Assembly (NCBI GenBank): GCA_963737905.1
Contig: CAVTUQ010000028.1
Span: forward strand, 128,001-192,000
Length of the DNA stretch: 64,000 nt
Source: an uncultured delta proteobacterium
GTDB taxonomy: Bacteria; Desulfobacterota; Binatia; UBA9968
Reading direction: 5' to 3'
Shown here: piece by piece, positions 31,211 through 41,673 of the stretch
How positions within the stretch are numbered: the stretch's first letter is position 1
How the letters are laid out: the number at the start of each line of letters is the position of its first letter
Made by a program: the position numbers and the translations under genes
The notes under the pieces: model-generated
What the model was told of the DNA's origin: nothing
The model's database searches: none
The model's input: the letters and a program-made list of their open reading frames with translations, nothing else

Positions 31211-32239
31211 TCACCGGATATTGAAGATCTCGTTATAGAGCTTCGTCGTTTCCTCGCCACTGGCAGCGGTCTCGATGTCCTGAACTACCCTTTTGAATCC
31301 CTTGAAAATGCGGGGCGGCTCGGCATCCACGCCGGTCCGGGCCGGCACTCGATGAAACGACCGGATCATTTCCTGGCCTTTCTTCGAGAGCACAAAATCG
31401 ATAAAGAGCTTTGTTGCGTTAGGATGTCTCGATTGCGCCGCAAGCATAATCGTATTCAACTGGACAAAGACCGGTTCCAAAGGCACCCAATCCACCGGCG
31501 CGCCCCGGGAGGCGAAAGTTTGTAAGGTATTGCCCGACGCGAGAGTCAGGGGAAATTCACCGGCTGCGACTAACTGAATCCTGCTCGACGGGGCACCCGC
31601 CTGGATGGCCGGGTCCTGCTTGGCGAGCTGCTCGAAATATCGAATCGCCCTTTCTTTGCCCCAGACTCGCATCAAGCCGGAAAGGATCAGGCTGCCATTG
31701 TCGCTGCCCAATGCGATTTTTCGGCCCCTCCACCTGGGATTTAAGAGCTCCTCATAGGTTTTCGGCAACTCGTCTTTTTTTACCATCTTAGTATTGTAGC
31801 CGAGAAACCACGGAATCACGTAAGCCGCGTGCCAATACCCTTCCTTGTCTTTCAGGTCATCATCATAAAAAGCCGCCTCGGGCGATACATAGCGGGCGAT
31901 CAACCCTCGTCTTTTGAGCGGCAAGACGCTTTCATCGTTGGTATTCAGTACGTCAAACAAGCCTTTTTGCGCTCTCGCCTCGTTCAGTATCTTGTTGATC
32001 AAGACTCCTGATCCAGCCCGTACGATCGATACCTGAATGAAGGGGTAGTCCTTCTGAAAGACGTCGGCCATCGGCTTGGAATCTTGCAACCCCGCACTCG
32101 TGTACCAAACCACCTCGCCTTCTTTTTTGGCTCTCTCGATAAGAGCCGGCCGATCGGTTTCCTGACCGACCGCGGGAGCACCCGCTCCCACCGCGATGAA
32201 AAGACAAATCAAGATCCGACGAAACAACCTTGGAAACAT
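31211..32239 (-). CDS. ABC transporter extracellular solute-binding protein (Fe/thiamine-like)
   Basis: AKKEGEVVWYTS, YNTKMV..ELPKTY, HPNATKLFIDF.LS..GQ. Confidence 0.85.
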   Translation of the reverse strand: MFPRLFRRILICLFIAVGAGAPAVGQETDRPALIERAKKEGEVVWYTSAGLQDSKPMADVFQKDYPFIQVSIVRAGSGVLINKILNEARAQKGLFDVLNTNDESVLPLKRRGLIARYVSPEAAFYDDDLKDKEGYWHAAYVIPWFLGYNTKMVKKDELPKTYEELLNPRWRGRKIALGSDNGSLILSGLMRVWGKERAIRYFEQLAKQDPAIQAGAPSSRIQLVAAGEFPLTLASGNTLQTFASRGAPVDWVPLEPVFVQLNTIMLAAQSRHPNATKLFIDFVLSKKGQEMIRSFHRVPARTGVDAEPPRIFKGFKRVVQDIETAASGEETTKLYNEIFNIR

Positions 32240-32411
32240 ACCTCCTCCGTCATACCCGCGGACGCATCCATTGATTCATGCCCTGTTCTCGCGCTTGGGA
32301 ATTTGCATTTCAATTTCTTTCTTCGTGCTCCCTTCGGCTTTGCTCAGGGCATGCTTCGCTCCTTCTTTGAAAAATACGAGCCCGGATGTGTTTCGGTCAG
32401 TTCAAGGAAGG

Positions 32412-32508
32412 CGTCATTCCAGCATGGAGTGCTGGAATCCAGGCCGACACGGATGTCTCCGGACGCATCCTGCGCACCTGGATGCCGGCCATCCATGCCG
32501 GCATGACG
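32412..32508. repeat. REP/BIME-like element (CGTCATTCC...GGAATCC ... GGATGCCGGC...GCCGGCATGACG)
   Basis: Two inverted palindromic units; related partial unit near 31093-31124. Confidence 0.7.
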
Positions 32509-32667
32509 AACTCTTTATTTTCATGTTTTGTGGGCGAGCGTAAGATTATGAATCACTTCGTGGTCAAATCTCTGGCTCAGTTCCGAACCCTCCTCGACCC
32601 GATTCACCATCCTCCATCCTCGATCCTCGGTCTCTGTTCCGGTTGCGGCCCCGCCGCGCTAGGTCCG

Positions 32668-33756
32668 CTACTTCTCCTCGTATTCTTTGAGCGCATCCAA
32701 ACGCGGTTCGAGACCCAGGCCCGGCGTTTCCGCCAGCGTTACCCAGTCATCCTTCGGAGCCGGCGGGTTGTGGTAGATCGCGTCCCCGACTTTCCACATG
32801 TCGACATGAAATTCCACCCGCCAGCCATTGGCCATCCCGGCATGCAAATGCATGTTGTGATGCGGCCAACCGCCACCGTTGGCAATCGGCAAATTGAATG
32901 CCTGCGCCATGGCGGCTACTTTGACCGCTTCCGTATAGCCACCCACCGAGCAGACGTTGGGCTGAACGATATCCACCGCGCGGTTGACGATCAGCTCCCG
33001 GTGGCGGAAACGGTGGCCTTCGTTCTGTCCGGCGGCGATAGGTATGGAGGTATGCCGGCGGAGATCCGCCAATAAATGCGCATCGTTCTGATAGACCGGT
33101 TCCTCGAACCAGGTGATGCGATACGGCTCCACCAACTTGCAAAGCTCCAGGGCTCGATTGAACGAAAAAAGATAGTTGGCATCGATCATCAATTCCACTT
33201 TCTCCCCCACGGCCTCGCGCACCGCATGCACGCGCTCAGCGTCTACGTTGGGGTTTTCAGGATCGACGGCGACGACCATCTTCAGCCGGTGCGCTCCCTG
33301 AGCGACAAAAGTTTTGGCCGCCTCGACGAGCTGCTCCTTGGTGTATTGCTTGAGCCCGAACGTCACATAGGCGGGCACCGGGTTCTGCGCTCCACCGAGC
33401 AAACGCCAGACCGGTTCCTTGTAATATTTGCCCTTGATGTCCCAGAGAGCGATATCGATGGCGCTTACCGCGGAGCTCCACATTCCCGTTTGCGCCCGCG
33501 GGTTGAATGTCGTGTACAACTGGTGCCAGATACGCTCGGTCTCAACGGGGTTTTTGCCTCGCAGGAACGGCGCGGCCTCCCGGTTGATGAACTCCCTGGC
33601 GCCAAAACGCTGCGCCGCCCGGGTAAGTCCGTAACCCGTGATACCCTGGTCGGTTTCAACGGCGACAAATACAATTGCGGTCCAAACCTTCTCTTTCAGG
33701 AGCGGCATATCTACAGGAATCCGATGGAGAGTCGCCTTAACGTCAGTGATCTGCAT
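32668..33756 (-). CDS. Mandelate racemase/muconate lactonizing enzyme family protein
   Basis: SAIDIALWDIKGK, LMIDAN, WFEEP, PGLG. Confidence 0.9.
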   Translation of the reverse strand: MQITDVKATLHRIPVDMPLLKEKVWTAIVFVAVETDQGITGYGLTRAAQRFGAREFINREAAPFLRGKNPVETERIWHQLYTTFNPRAQTGMWSSAVSAIDIALWDIKGKYYKEPVWRLLGGAQNPVPAYVTFGLKQYTKEQLVEAAKTFVAQGAHRLKMVVAVDPENPNVDAERVHAVREAVGEKVELMIDANYLFSFNRALELCKLVEPYRITWFEEPVYQNDAHLLADLRRHTSIPIAAGQNEGHRFRHRELIVNRAVDIVQPNVCSVGGYTEAVKVAAMAQAFNLPIANGGGWPHHNMHLHAGMANGWRVEFHVDMWKVGDAIYHNPPAPKDDWVTLAETPGLGLEPRLDALKEYEEK

Positions 33757-33876
33757 ATGTCACCTCGTGTACTGTTTTCGTGTGCCACAGTTACAACGGA
33801 TGAAATCAACAAGTCAAACTTACGACGACTCGGACGGTTCATGCTTCGACTGAGCTCCGCACGAACGGTCAATGAT

Positions 33877-33925
33877 CTCTGCGAACTCGCCGCCTCTGTG
33901 GTGAATACTTCTTCACAGAAACCCG
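33877..33925 (+). repeat. Partial copy of dispersed CTCTG-rich element
   Basis: Near-identical to 34156-34205. Confidence 0.75.
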
Positions 33926-34109
33926 TATCTCAAAAAAAAGCCCGGTCTGGGTATTCCCCAGCCGGGCGAAGAAGAAGACGACGGTTAAACTTTTGGTCTA
34001 CCGTCGCCTTGGAGCTGCCAAAAAATTATCCGCTAAGCGTAGTTTTGTTTTCGCCAAAGTCTCTACTTTAGGGACTTCAGGCATTCCTGTGAAGTCGGAC
34101 TCGGAGATT

Positions 34110-34213
34110 GCAGAGGACGCGGAGTAAAGAGCTCTTGATTAAAAAATTCTCCGAACTCTGTGAACTCGGCGCCTCTGCGGTGAATACTTCCTCACAGAAA
34201 ACCCGGAATAACC
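34110..34213 (+). repeat. Dispersed palindromic element of 9-nt-period GCAGAG/CTCTGC arms
   Basis: Homologous to 42928-43041 and 33877-33925. Confidence 0.75.
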
Positions 34214-35404
34214 TTATATCCCGGGCTGAGTACCGACGCTCCGCTGTGCCCGTCTTTCCCAGATTCCTCGGGGTAAAACCATGCCGAAACCCAGCAAGCG
34301 AGGCTGAGCCCATAGAATTCGGCAAAGCATATGCGCCGCTTGGTCCCGATTGTAGCGACCCAATAGAAGAATCGTTTTTTCATTGAGCAGAGCAAGCAGC
34401 CGGTCATAATCTCTACTACGAAACCGGTTTAAGACACACCTGAGGATCAAGTGCAGGCCGAGTTCGCGCCGGAGCGGTTTTAATTCCGTCAAATAGTCCC
34501 TGCGTCGCAGAATCGCATCGGCCGCCGCTTTCGCGCCCCGAAGTCCGGTCACAAGCCCGCCCACCGTTGTCACCTTGACCTGGGCGGCAGCATCGCCCAC
34601 GAGATAGACATCGGCGCCGGAAACATTCTTCCATTGGCGCGTGAAATGACTGTACGCGGGTACGCGAGCGGCCTGAATGTCTAGAATCTCTAAGCCTTGT
34701 CGAGCCAGAAACTTTTCGAGTTTAGTTCTACCGTGCTTGCCTTCCTCGGCGATAAAGCCCACCGCCGCCTGTTTTTGCGACTCCGGAATCAACCAGTAAA
34801 AGTACGGCGTATCTTCGGGCTCGAACCAAACTTGAGTCGTGTTCACACTGGCTCCGTCCGGCAGCTTGACGATCGCCTGAAGGATCGGCGTCGTCCCATG
34901 ACCGTCGCCGGTGGCCATTTTTGCCACGCGACTGAAACTCCCGTCGGCGCCGACCAGCGTTTTGGTTTTGAATTTCTCGACGCGATTTCGATACGTATCG
35001 TTAATGGTAACCGTGACCCCTTGTTCCGCGGGCTCGAGACTGAGAAACTTGCAGCCGCCCCGGATTTCAACCCCTTCATCGAGAGCTCTTTGGGCAAGTA
35101 AGCGAACCACCGTAGAACGCTCGACAACGAGATCCGGCATTTGCATCGGGATCGTCACCGACCGCCCCGGAGAAAACAGATCGATTTGTGTGATCTTATT
35201 GCAAACCGCGTCGCGCGGGAAAAAACCCAGAACGTCCGTCAAATGAGAGGTCGTGATCAACGTGCGTGATTCTGTATGCAGCACGTCGTTCGCATCAAAG
35301 AGCCGTACTCTCTTACCTTCGCGCGCCAGCAAGTAAGCTGCGAACAGACCCGCTGCCGAACCACCGACGATATCGACTTCCGCCACGTCCCCGATTGCTT
35401 TCAT
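34214..35404 (-). CDS. Geranylgeranyl reductase family FAD-dependent oxidoreductase
   Basis: IVGGSAAG, VGADG..S.VA, YFYWLIP, LVGDAAAQVK.TT.GG. Confidence 0.85.
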   Translation of the reverse strand: MKAIGDVAEVDIVGGSAAGLFAAYLLAREGKRVRLFDANDVLHTESRTLITTSHLTDVLGFFPRDAVCNKITQIDLFSPGRSVTIPMQMPDLVVERSTVVRLLAQRALDEGVEIRGGCKFLSLEPAEQGVTVTINDTYRNRVEKFKTKTLVGADGSFSRVAKMATGDGHGTTPILQAIVKLPDGASVNTTQVWFEPEDTPYFYWLIPESQKQAAVGFIAEEGKHGRTKLEKFLARQGLEILDIQAARVPAYSHFTRQWKNVSGADVYLVGDAAAQVKVTTVGGLVTGLRGAKAAADAILRRRDYLTELKPLRRELGLHLILRCVLNRFRSRDYDRLLALLNEKTILLLGRYNRDQAAHMLCRILWAQPRLLGFGMVLPRGIWERRAQRSVGTQPGI

Positions 35405-35433
35405 CTATCGATTTATTCGCCCTACCTGTATGA

Positions 35434-36005
35434 AAGCACGGAGCATGGAGCGCGGAGCACGGAGCCGGACGGGGAAATTTCGGATTTCGAATTTCGGATT
35501 GTTTTCCGACTTCTGCTCTCGTGCTCCGTGCGCTCTGCTAGTTGCTCTTTGCTCCTGCGCTTACCGCTTAGCTCCTAGCGCTTTGCTCTTGGCTCCCCGC
35601 TCCAAGCTCCCTGCTCCCAGCTGTTTTTCAAATCCGCAATCCGCAATCCGAAATTGTTCTTTGCTCTTACCGCTTCCTCTTGCTCCCTGCTCTGAACCAG
35701 AGGTCAGAGATCGAGACATGTTCAGCCGCCGAATCAGTAAATTCGCAGATGCAGAAACCCGATCTAAATTCGCAATGCAGAAACCCGAAAGGCTCAAGTC
35801 AGAGGCCAGCAATTTCGCAATCTCCGCAATCTATCTTACTTAGCTCTTTGCGCTTAGCTCTTAGTCTTAGTAAATCCGCAATTCGCAATTCGAAATCCGC
35901 AATTGTCTTTGCTCTTCCCCCTTACCCCTTACCTATTTGCTCTTAGCTCCCTGCTCTCTTGCTCCCTGCCCCCTGCTCCCCGCTCCAAGCTCCCTGCTCC
36001 TTGCT
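35434..36005. repeat. Mosaic of 7-nt tandem repeats (GGAGCAN/GCTCCNN, ATCCGMA/TTCGGAT, TCAGAGG, CCCTTAC)
   Basis: Blocks directly visible, in both orientations; no credible ORF. Confidence 0.9.
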
Positions 36006-36192
36006 GTTCACCAAGTTGCCGGCCAGTAGACAGCGTCTACAGCAAGCAAATACCAACGCTTTTCAGATAGTTAGATGTTTTTACCTCGCGAGCTGACACC
36101 TGCGGTGAAAGCACTCGGATCTTACCAGGGCACTTCATGGAAAAATATCTCTTGTATTCAACGGTTTAGAGTAAATCCAAAATAGGATCAAT

Positions 36193-36208
36193 TGGCATAA
36201 CGGTTGCT
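36193..36208 (+). promoter_or_regulatory. Sigma-54 promoter
   Basis: TGGCATAACGGTTGCT (GG-N10-GC), AT-rich upstream with IHF-like ATTCAACGGTTTA. Confidence 0.6.
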
Positions 36209-36248
36209 CCTGTGATACTACAGATTAACCCAGGAAAGAAGAAAAAAA

Positions 36249-36791
36249 ATGGCAAAAGTGATTCAGATGTTTCTGCAGTTACACGGGTGGAAGGGAAGCG
36301 CAGGACCGCAGAGACTCACGCGGCTGGTTTTCGCGCTTTTGGCTGGAGCAATCTTCACGTTGCTAGCCACGATCCCTGCCCTGGCGCAGACCCGTCAGGA
36401 GCAGGCCGAGCTAAAAGTGGTGGTGGGCGAAGTAGAGGTGCTCAGAAGAGGTACGACGACCTGGCAGGCGGCAAGCGTCGGGATGTTCCTTTCGGCCGGC
36501 GATGAGATCCGCGCCGCGCAAGATTCCGGGGCGGAGCTCGCTATGACTGACGGGAGCGTGGTCATGGTGTTCGCCCGGAGCCGGTTGCAGATCAAACAGC
36601 TCACGACCGACGCCGCGACCCGCACGTCATTTTTCCATCTGGTTGTCGGGGTAGTTCGGTACATTGTCGCGAAACCTGCAGTAACCTTGATCGGAACGCG
36701 TCAGAACGTTTTCTCCATCTCGACTCCGACGGCAGTCATGGCCGCAAGAGGCACAGACGGAATTATTTCCTACTACCCATCGCAGAACTAG
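36249..36791 (+). CDS. FecR-domain secreted protein (short, possibly truncated)
   Basis: Signal/TM, GEVEV, GD.I, AEL...DGS, TPTAVMAARGT, then stop. Confidence 0.75.
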   Translation: MAKVIQMFLQLHGWKGSAGPQRLTRLVFALLAGAIFTLLATIPALAQTRQEQAELKVVVGEVEVLRRGTTTWQAASVGMFLSAGDEIRAAQDSGAELAMTDGSVVMVFARSRLQIKQLTTDAATRTSFFHLVVGVVRYIVAKPAVTLIGTRQNVFSISTPTAVMAARGTDGIISYYPSQN

Positions 36792-36797
36792 CACTAT

Positions 36798-37075
36798 AGC
36801 AGGGAGCTTGGAGCGCGGAGCATGGAGCCGCTCTTTGCTCCCAGAGCCGGACAGCAAAAAGCGAAGCGCAAAGCGCCAAGAGTGAAGAGAAATCCGAAAT
36901 TCGCAATCCGCAATTACTTAGCTTCGCGCTCCATGCTCCCTGCTCTTAGCTCTTACCTCTCTGCCCTTTAGCGTTCCTGAAATTCGAAATCCGCAATCCG
37001 AAATTCGCAATTGCTTAGCTCCTTAGCTCTCTTGCTCCGCTGCTCCCTGCTTAACTTGCTCCCTGCTCTCCTGTC
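36798..37075. repeat. 7-nt repeat mosaic between convergent genes, extending into the sugar transferase 3' end
   Basis: gcagggagcttggagcgcggagcatggagc, aatccgaaattcgcaatccgcaat, gctccatgctccctgctc. Confidence 0.88.
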
Positions 37076-37648
37076 CCCATACACCCCCCGTCGCTGGAAC
37101 AACAGAACGAAAGCTTTCGCGAGAATGTAGGCGTCCAATCGGAGTGACCAGTTGTCAACGTACCAGACGTCCATCCGAACCCGCTCATTCCAGGGAACCA
37201 GGTTTCTGCCATGGATCCACGCCCATCCGGCCATCCCTGGCCTGAAATCAAATCGCCTGCTTTCTGACGGTCCGCAGTACGCGGCTTCGCTCGGTACCCA
37301 GGGCCGCGGCCCGACGATGCTCATGTCACCCTTGAGGACATTGAGGAGCTGCGGCAGCTCGTCCAGAGTCCATTTGCGCAACCAGCGCCCGACTCGCGTG
37401 ATGCGATCATCGTTCTCGCTTACAATCAGCCCATTCCCGATGGACTCAGCTCCGATCACCATGGTGCGGAATTTGTAGCAGCGAAACCTTCGCCGGTTCC
37501 TCCCCACACGATCCTGCACGAACAGAACTGGCCCGCCGTCATCCAACTTGATCGCCAGCGAGATCAAAGCGATGAGCGGAGAGAGCAGCAGCAGCGCGCT
37601 TGCTGCGACAACGATATCGAAGAGACGCTTCACGGCGAGGCTGACCAT
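36968..37648 (-). CDS. Bacterial sugar transferase (priming phosphoglycosyltransferase)
   Basis: KRLFD, YKFRTM, D.RITRVG, LDELPQL.NVL.GDMS.VGPRP; repeat-derived C-terminal tail. Confidence 0.93.
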   Translation of the reverse strand: MVSLAVKRLFDIVVAASALLLLSPLIALISLAIKLDDGGPVLFVQDRVGRNRRRFRCYKFRTMVIGAESIGNGLIVSENDDRITRVGRWLRKWTLDELPQLLNVLKGDMSIVGPRPWVPSEAAYCGPSESRRFDFRPGMAGWAWIHGRNLVPWNERVRMDVWYVDNWSLRLDAYILAKAFVLLFQRRGVYGDRRAGSKLSREQRSKRAKELSNCEFRIADFEFQER

Positions 37649-37650
37649 TG

Positions 37651-38373
37651 GAATTTCGGATTTCGGATTTCGGATTGCGGATTTATAACAGCAAACATAG
37701 CCTATGAAGAATTTTGGATTGCGGAGGAGGTATTATCTCGATGACAGAAAGATAAGTTTGTGAACTTGCAATTCAAAAATTTAAAATACTGACGAGCTGT
37801 TGCGGTCGAATCAGAAATTCGACATACGAAATCCGAAATTCGAAATTTCCTCAGACCGGCTTTGGCTTGTTCGCTCGCGTCGATCTTCCTATAGCGATGA
37901 AGATTGACAGGAGTTCACCAGCTTCCTTCAGTAAAGTCGTCCGGGCTTCAGTAATACCAAGGGAGACCTCCTCCATTACTTCTAGCCAGTACTGGGTTTC
38001 TGCAATTTCTTTTTCGACGATCCCGATCTTGTGGACAAAATCTGCGCGAGATTGCGCGCGATTAGCTTCGCGATAGTTCGCCCCGACTGATGTTCCTGAT
38101 TTCAGTAATTGATAGCCCAAAACGTCCGAAGTTTTCTTCTTCGGTAGCTCTTCCACGAAAAGGATAACGCTGACGGCGAACTTTTTCGTCCGTCGCTCTA
38201 GCTCATGCTTGTCCATGAAAGTACATTTCGGATTTCGGAATTGTTCTGAGTCGGGGTTAGGAAATCAAGAAGCGACCAGACAATCGAAAACATTTAGGAG
38301 CGTCTCAACACTTTGGTACCGGGCGAGTCCGGACAAATTCGAAATCCGCAATCCGAAATTCGAAATCCGCAAT
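37651..38373 (-). mobile_element. Heptamer-bracketed four-helix-bundle cassette, copy 1 (putative mobile cassette)
   Basis: Homologous over about 700 bp, including non-coding flanks, to 44910-45607. Confidence 0.6.
37851..38216 (-). CDS. Four helix bundle protein (TIGR02436 / 23S rRNA IVP / Avd-like)
   Basis: RTKKFA, QLLKSGTSVGANYREA.RAQS..DF..KI.I.EKE..ET.YWLE. Confidence 0.92.
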   Translation of the reverse strand: MDKHELERRTKKFAVSVILFVEELPKKKTSDVLGYQLLKSGTSVGANYREANRAQSRADFVHKIGIVEKEIAETQYWLEVMEEVSLGITEARTTLLKEAGELLSIFIAIGRSTRANKPKPV

Positions 38374-38417
38374 CGCCTTTGCTCTTAGCTTTCTTGCTCC
38401 CTGCTCCCAGCTCATCC

Positions 38418-38446
38418 TTTACACAAATCCTACCGCTTGTTATAAA
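38418..38446 (+). promoter_or_regulatory. Sigma-70-like promoter for HTH gene
   Basis: TTTACA-17 bp-TATAAA just before GTG at 38455. Confidence 0.5.
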
Positions 38447-38454
38447 TACTCGGA

Positions 38455-38757
38455 GTGGCTAAAAACCCAAAAAAAGCGGCATCTTACTCCGCGGTTTACA
38501 CGGTGGAGGAGTTCGCCAAAATTTTTAAGCTTTCACCGCAATCGGTACGAACCCTCATCCGAACGGGCGAGATTCCAGCCATTCGTATTGGGAAACAGCA
38601 CCGTATCCCTCAGGCGGTTGTCGACCACTATTTCGCTCAAGCGACCTCACCTCGGGAACGTGGGTTCGGCATGTGGAAAAAGAACCGCGTCCCAAGTCTT
38701 ACCTACGTCAACAAGCTGCGAGATCAAGAACAAAAAAAGCACAGAGCATGGAGCTAG
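38455..38757 (+). CDS. Excisionase-type HTH DNA-binding protein, antitoxin-like
   Basis: YTVEEFA, LIRTGEIPAIRIGKQHRI; C-terminal FGMWK...YVNKLR. Confidence 0.75.
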   Translation: MAKNPKKAASYSAVYTVEEFAKIFKLSPQSVRTLIRTGEIPAIRIGKQHRIPQAVVDHYFAQATSPRERGFGMWKKNRVPSLTYVNKLRDQEQKKHRAWS

Positions 38758-39114
38758 GAGCGTGGAGCCGCCCTTAGCTCTTCATCCTTCGCACGTACCG
38801 CTTCGCGCTTATCTCTTAGTCCACAGTAAATCCGCAATTCGCAATTCGAAATCCGCAATTGGCTTCGCTCCCTGCTGTCGCTACCAGAGATCAGAGGTCG
38901 GAAGTCAGAGGTCAGAAAATTCGCAATCCGCAATCCGAAATTCGCAATTCCCTTTGCTCTTCCCCCTCACCCCTTTGCTCTTAGCAGTCTTTTAAATTCG
39001 CAATCCGCAATTCGAAATTCGAAATCGCCTTTGCCCTTAGCTCTCTTGCTCCGCGCTCCAAGCTCCCCGCTCCATGCTCTTACCCCTTACCCCTTTGCTC
39101 TTTGCCCCTTTCCC
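38738..39114. repeat. 7-nt repeat mosaic between convergent genes
   Basis: GGAGC, ATCCGCA/ATTCGAA, TCAGAGG, GCTCTTT, CCCTTAC blocks. Confidence 0.88.
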
Positions 39115-40344
39115 TCACCCCCCTGCCACCCTCCTCAACAGTTCGTCATACTGCGCAACCGCAACGTGCTTGGAGTGGTGCGCTTCCGCGTATCGGCGGC
39201 CTTGCTGCCCCATCTGCTCGCGCAGCGCGGCATCTTCATACAGCGTCACAATGGATTCGGCCAGGCGCTCAGCATCGCCGGGGCTAATGCAAAGACCACA
39301 GCCCGCGCTCGCCACAGCGCGCGCGACTTCGCTGTCGTGTTCCGCCGCTGCCAGGAGCGGCCGGCCGCTTGCCATGATTTCGTAGATCTTGGATGAAAAC
39401 GAATCGTTGGCCGCACCGTTTCGATATAAAGAGACTTGCACGTCCGAGGAGGCCCTCATCCACGGCAGGTTTTCGCGCGGCTGAAACGGCAGGAAGCGCA
39501 CATTGGTCAGCCTCAGCTTCGCAGCCTTTTCTTCCAGCTCGGCTTTCGCCACCCCATTGCCGACTATTAGAAAAAATATATCGCGCTGCTCCCTGAGGAG
39601 CAGGGCCGCATCCAGCAGGGTGTCGAGATCGTACACGTAGCCGAGGCTCCCCGCATAGCTGACGACAAATTTGTCAGACAAACCCTGTTCGCGGCTGAAA
39701 TCGTTTTCCCTCGGCAGCGGGCGAATAAATTCCGTATCGACGAAATTCGGGATCACCGAAACTTTTTGCTTCGGCACCTTCTTGGCCAACAAGCTCTCCC
39801 GCATGGCTGAAGTGATGACCGTCACATGCGCCGCTTTGCGGTACATGAAATTTTCCATCGACCTCAGGGCGGCGATGGCGTAAGGATTGTGAAGTTGGCC
39901 GGCACGAATCGGCACATCAGGGTAGAGGTCCTGAACGTTGTAGATGAACGGGGCTGATTTCAAATTTTCGAGCACCCACGCCGACAAGCCGCTGAAAAAA
40001 GAGCCGTTGGGACAGAGCACGACATCCCAGGCCCGCCGCGACAGCGCTCCGGTCACAGTTGCCAATGCGTTGTAGGAGACATAACTCATGAGCCGGTTAG
40101 CCATAGTTTTTTTTCCGGGAGCGTAGACATAAAGCCGAGTAACATCCATCTCCCCGTAACGCTCGTGCTCGACCAGCTTGCCGCGGTACTCATCCCACAC
40201 GCGAAAATTTTCATAATGCGGAAACGCCGTGATCACCGAGACCTCGTGGCCTCGTGCCGCCAACCCCTCGCAAAGCTGCGCCATCAGCAATCCGGTCGGA
40301 TTCACATCGGGCGGAAATTGGATGATAGGGAGGAGAATGCGCAT
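39115..40344 (-). CDS. GT4 glycosyltransferase (WbuB/WcaI-like)
   Basis: GHEVSVITAFPHY, YNVQDLYPD, VIPNFVD, SKIYEIMASGRP. Confidence 0.9.
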   Translation of the reverse strand: MRILLPIIQFPPDVNPTGLLMAQLCEGLAARGHEVSVITAFPHYENFRVWDEYRGKLVEHERYGEMDVTRLYVYAPGKKTMANRLMSYVSYNALATVTGALSRRAWDVVLCPNGSFFSGLSAWVLENLKSAPFIYNVQDLYPDVPIRAGQLHNPYAIAALRSMENFMYRKAAHVTVITSAMRESLLAKKVPKQKVSVIPNFVDTEFIRPLPRENDFSREQGLSDKFVVSYAGSLGYVYDLDTLLDAALLLREQRDIFFLIVGNGVAKAELEEKAAKLRLTNVRFLPFQPRENLPWMRASSDVQVSLYRNGAANDSFSSKIYEIMASGRPLLAAAEHDSEVARAVASAGCGLCISPGDAERLAESIVTLYEDAALREQMGQQGRRYAEAHHSKHVAVAQYDELLRRVAGG

Positions 40345-40350
40345 GGCTGG

Positions 40351-41670
<1,320 letters not shown>

Positions 41671-41673
41671 TAA

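Noticed and set aside
35430-35946. ORFs such as 35430-35843, 35561-35812, 38588-38995, 41445-41687, 42709-42894
   Set aside because: Translations of heptamer repeats (SAIRNPQS, EHGARS, QRSEV patterns), not credible proteins
37651-38373. 23S rRNA intervening sequence context
   Set aside because: No rRNA sequence flanks either copy
35434-39114. Repeat/spacer alternation as a CRISPR array
   Set aside because: Units are degenerate 7-mers with irregular spacing; no constant 25-40 nt repeat and no cas genes
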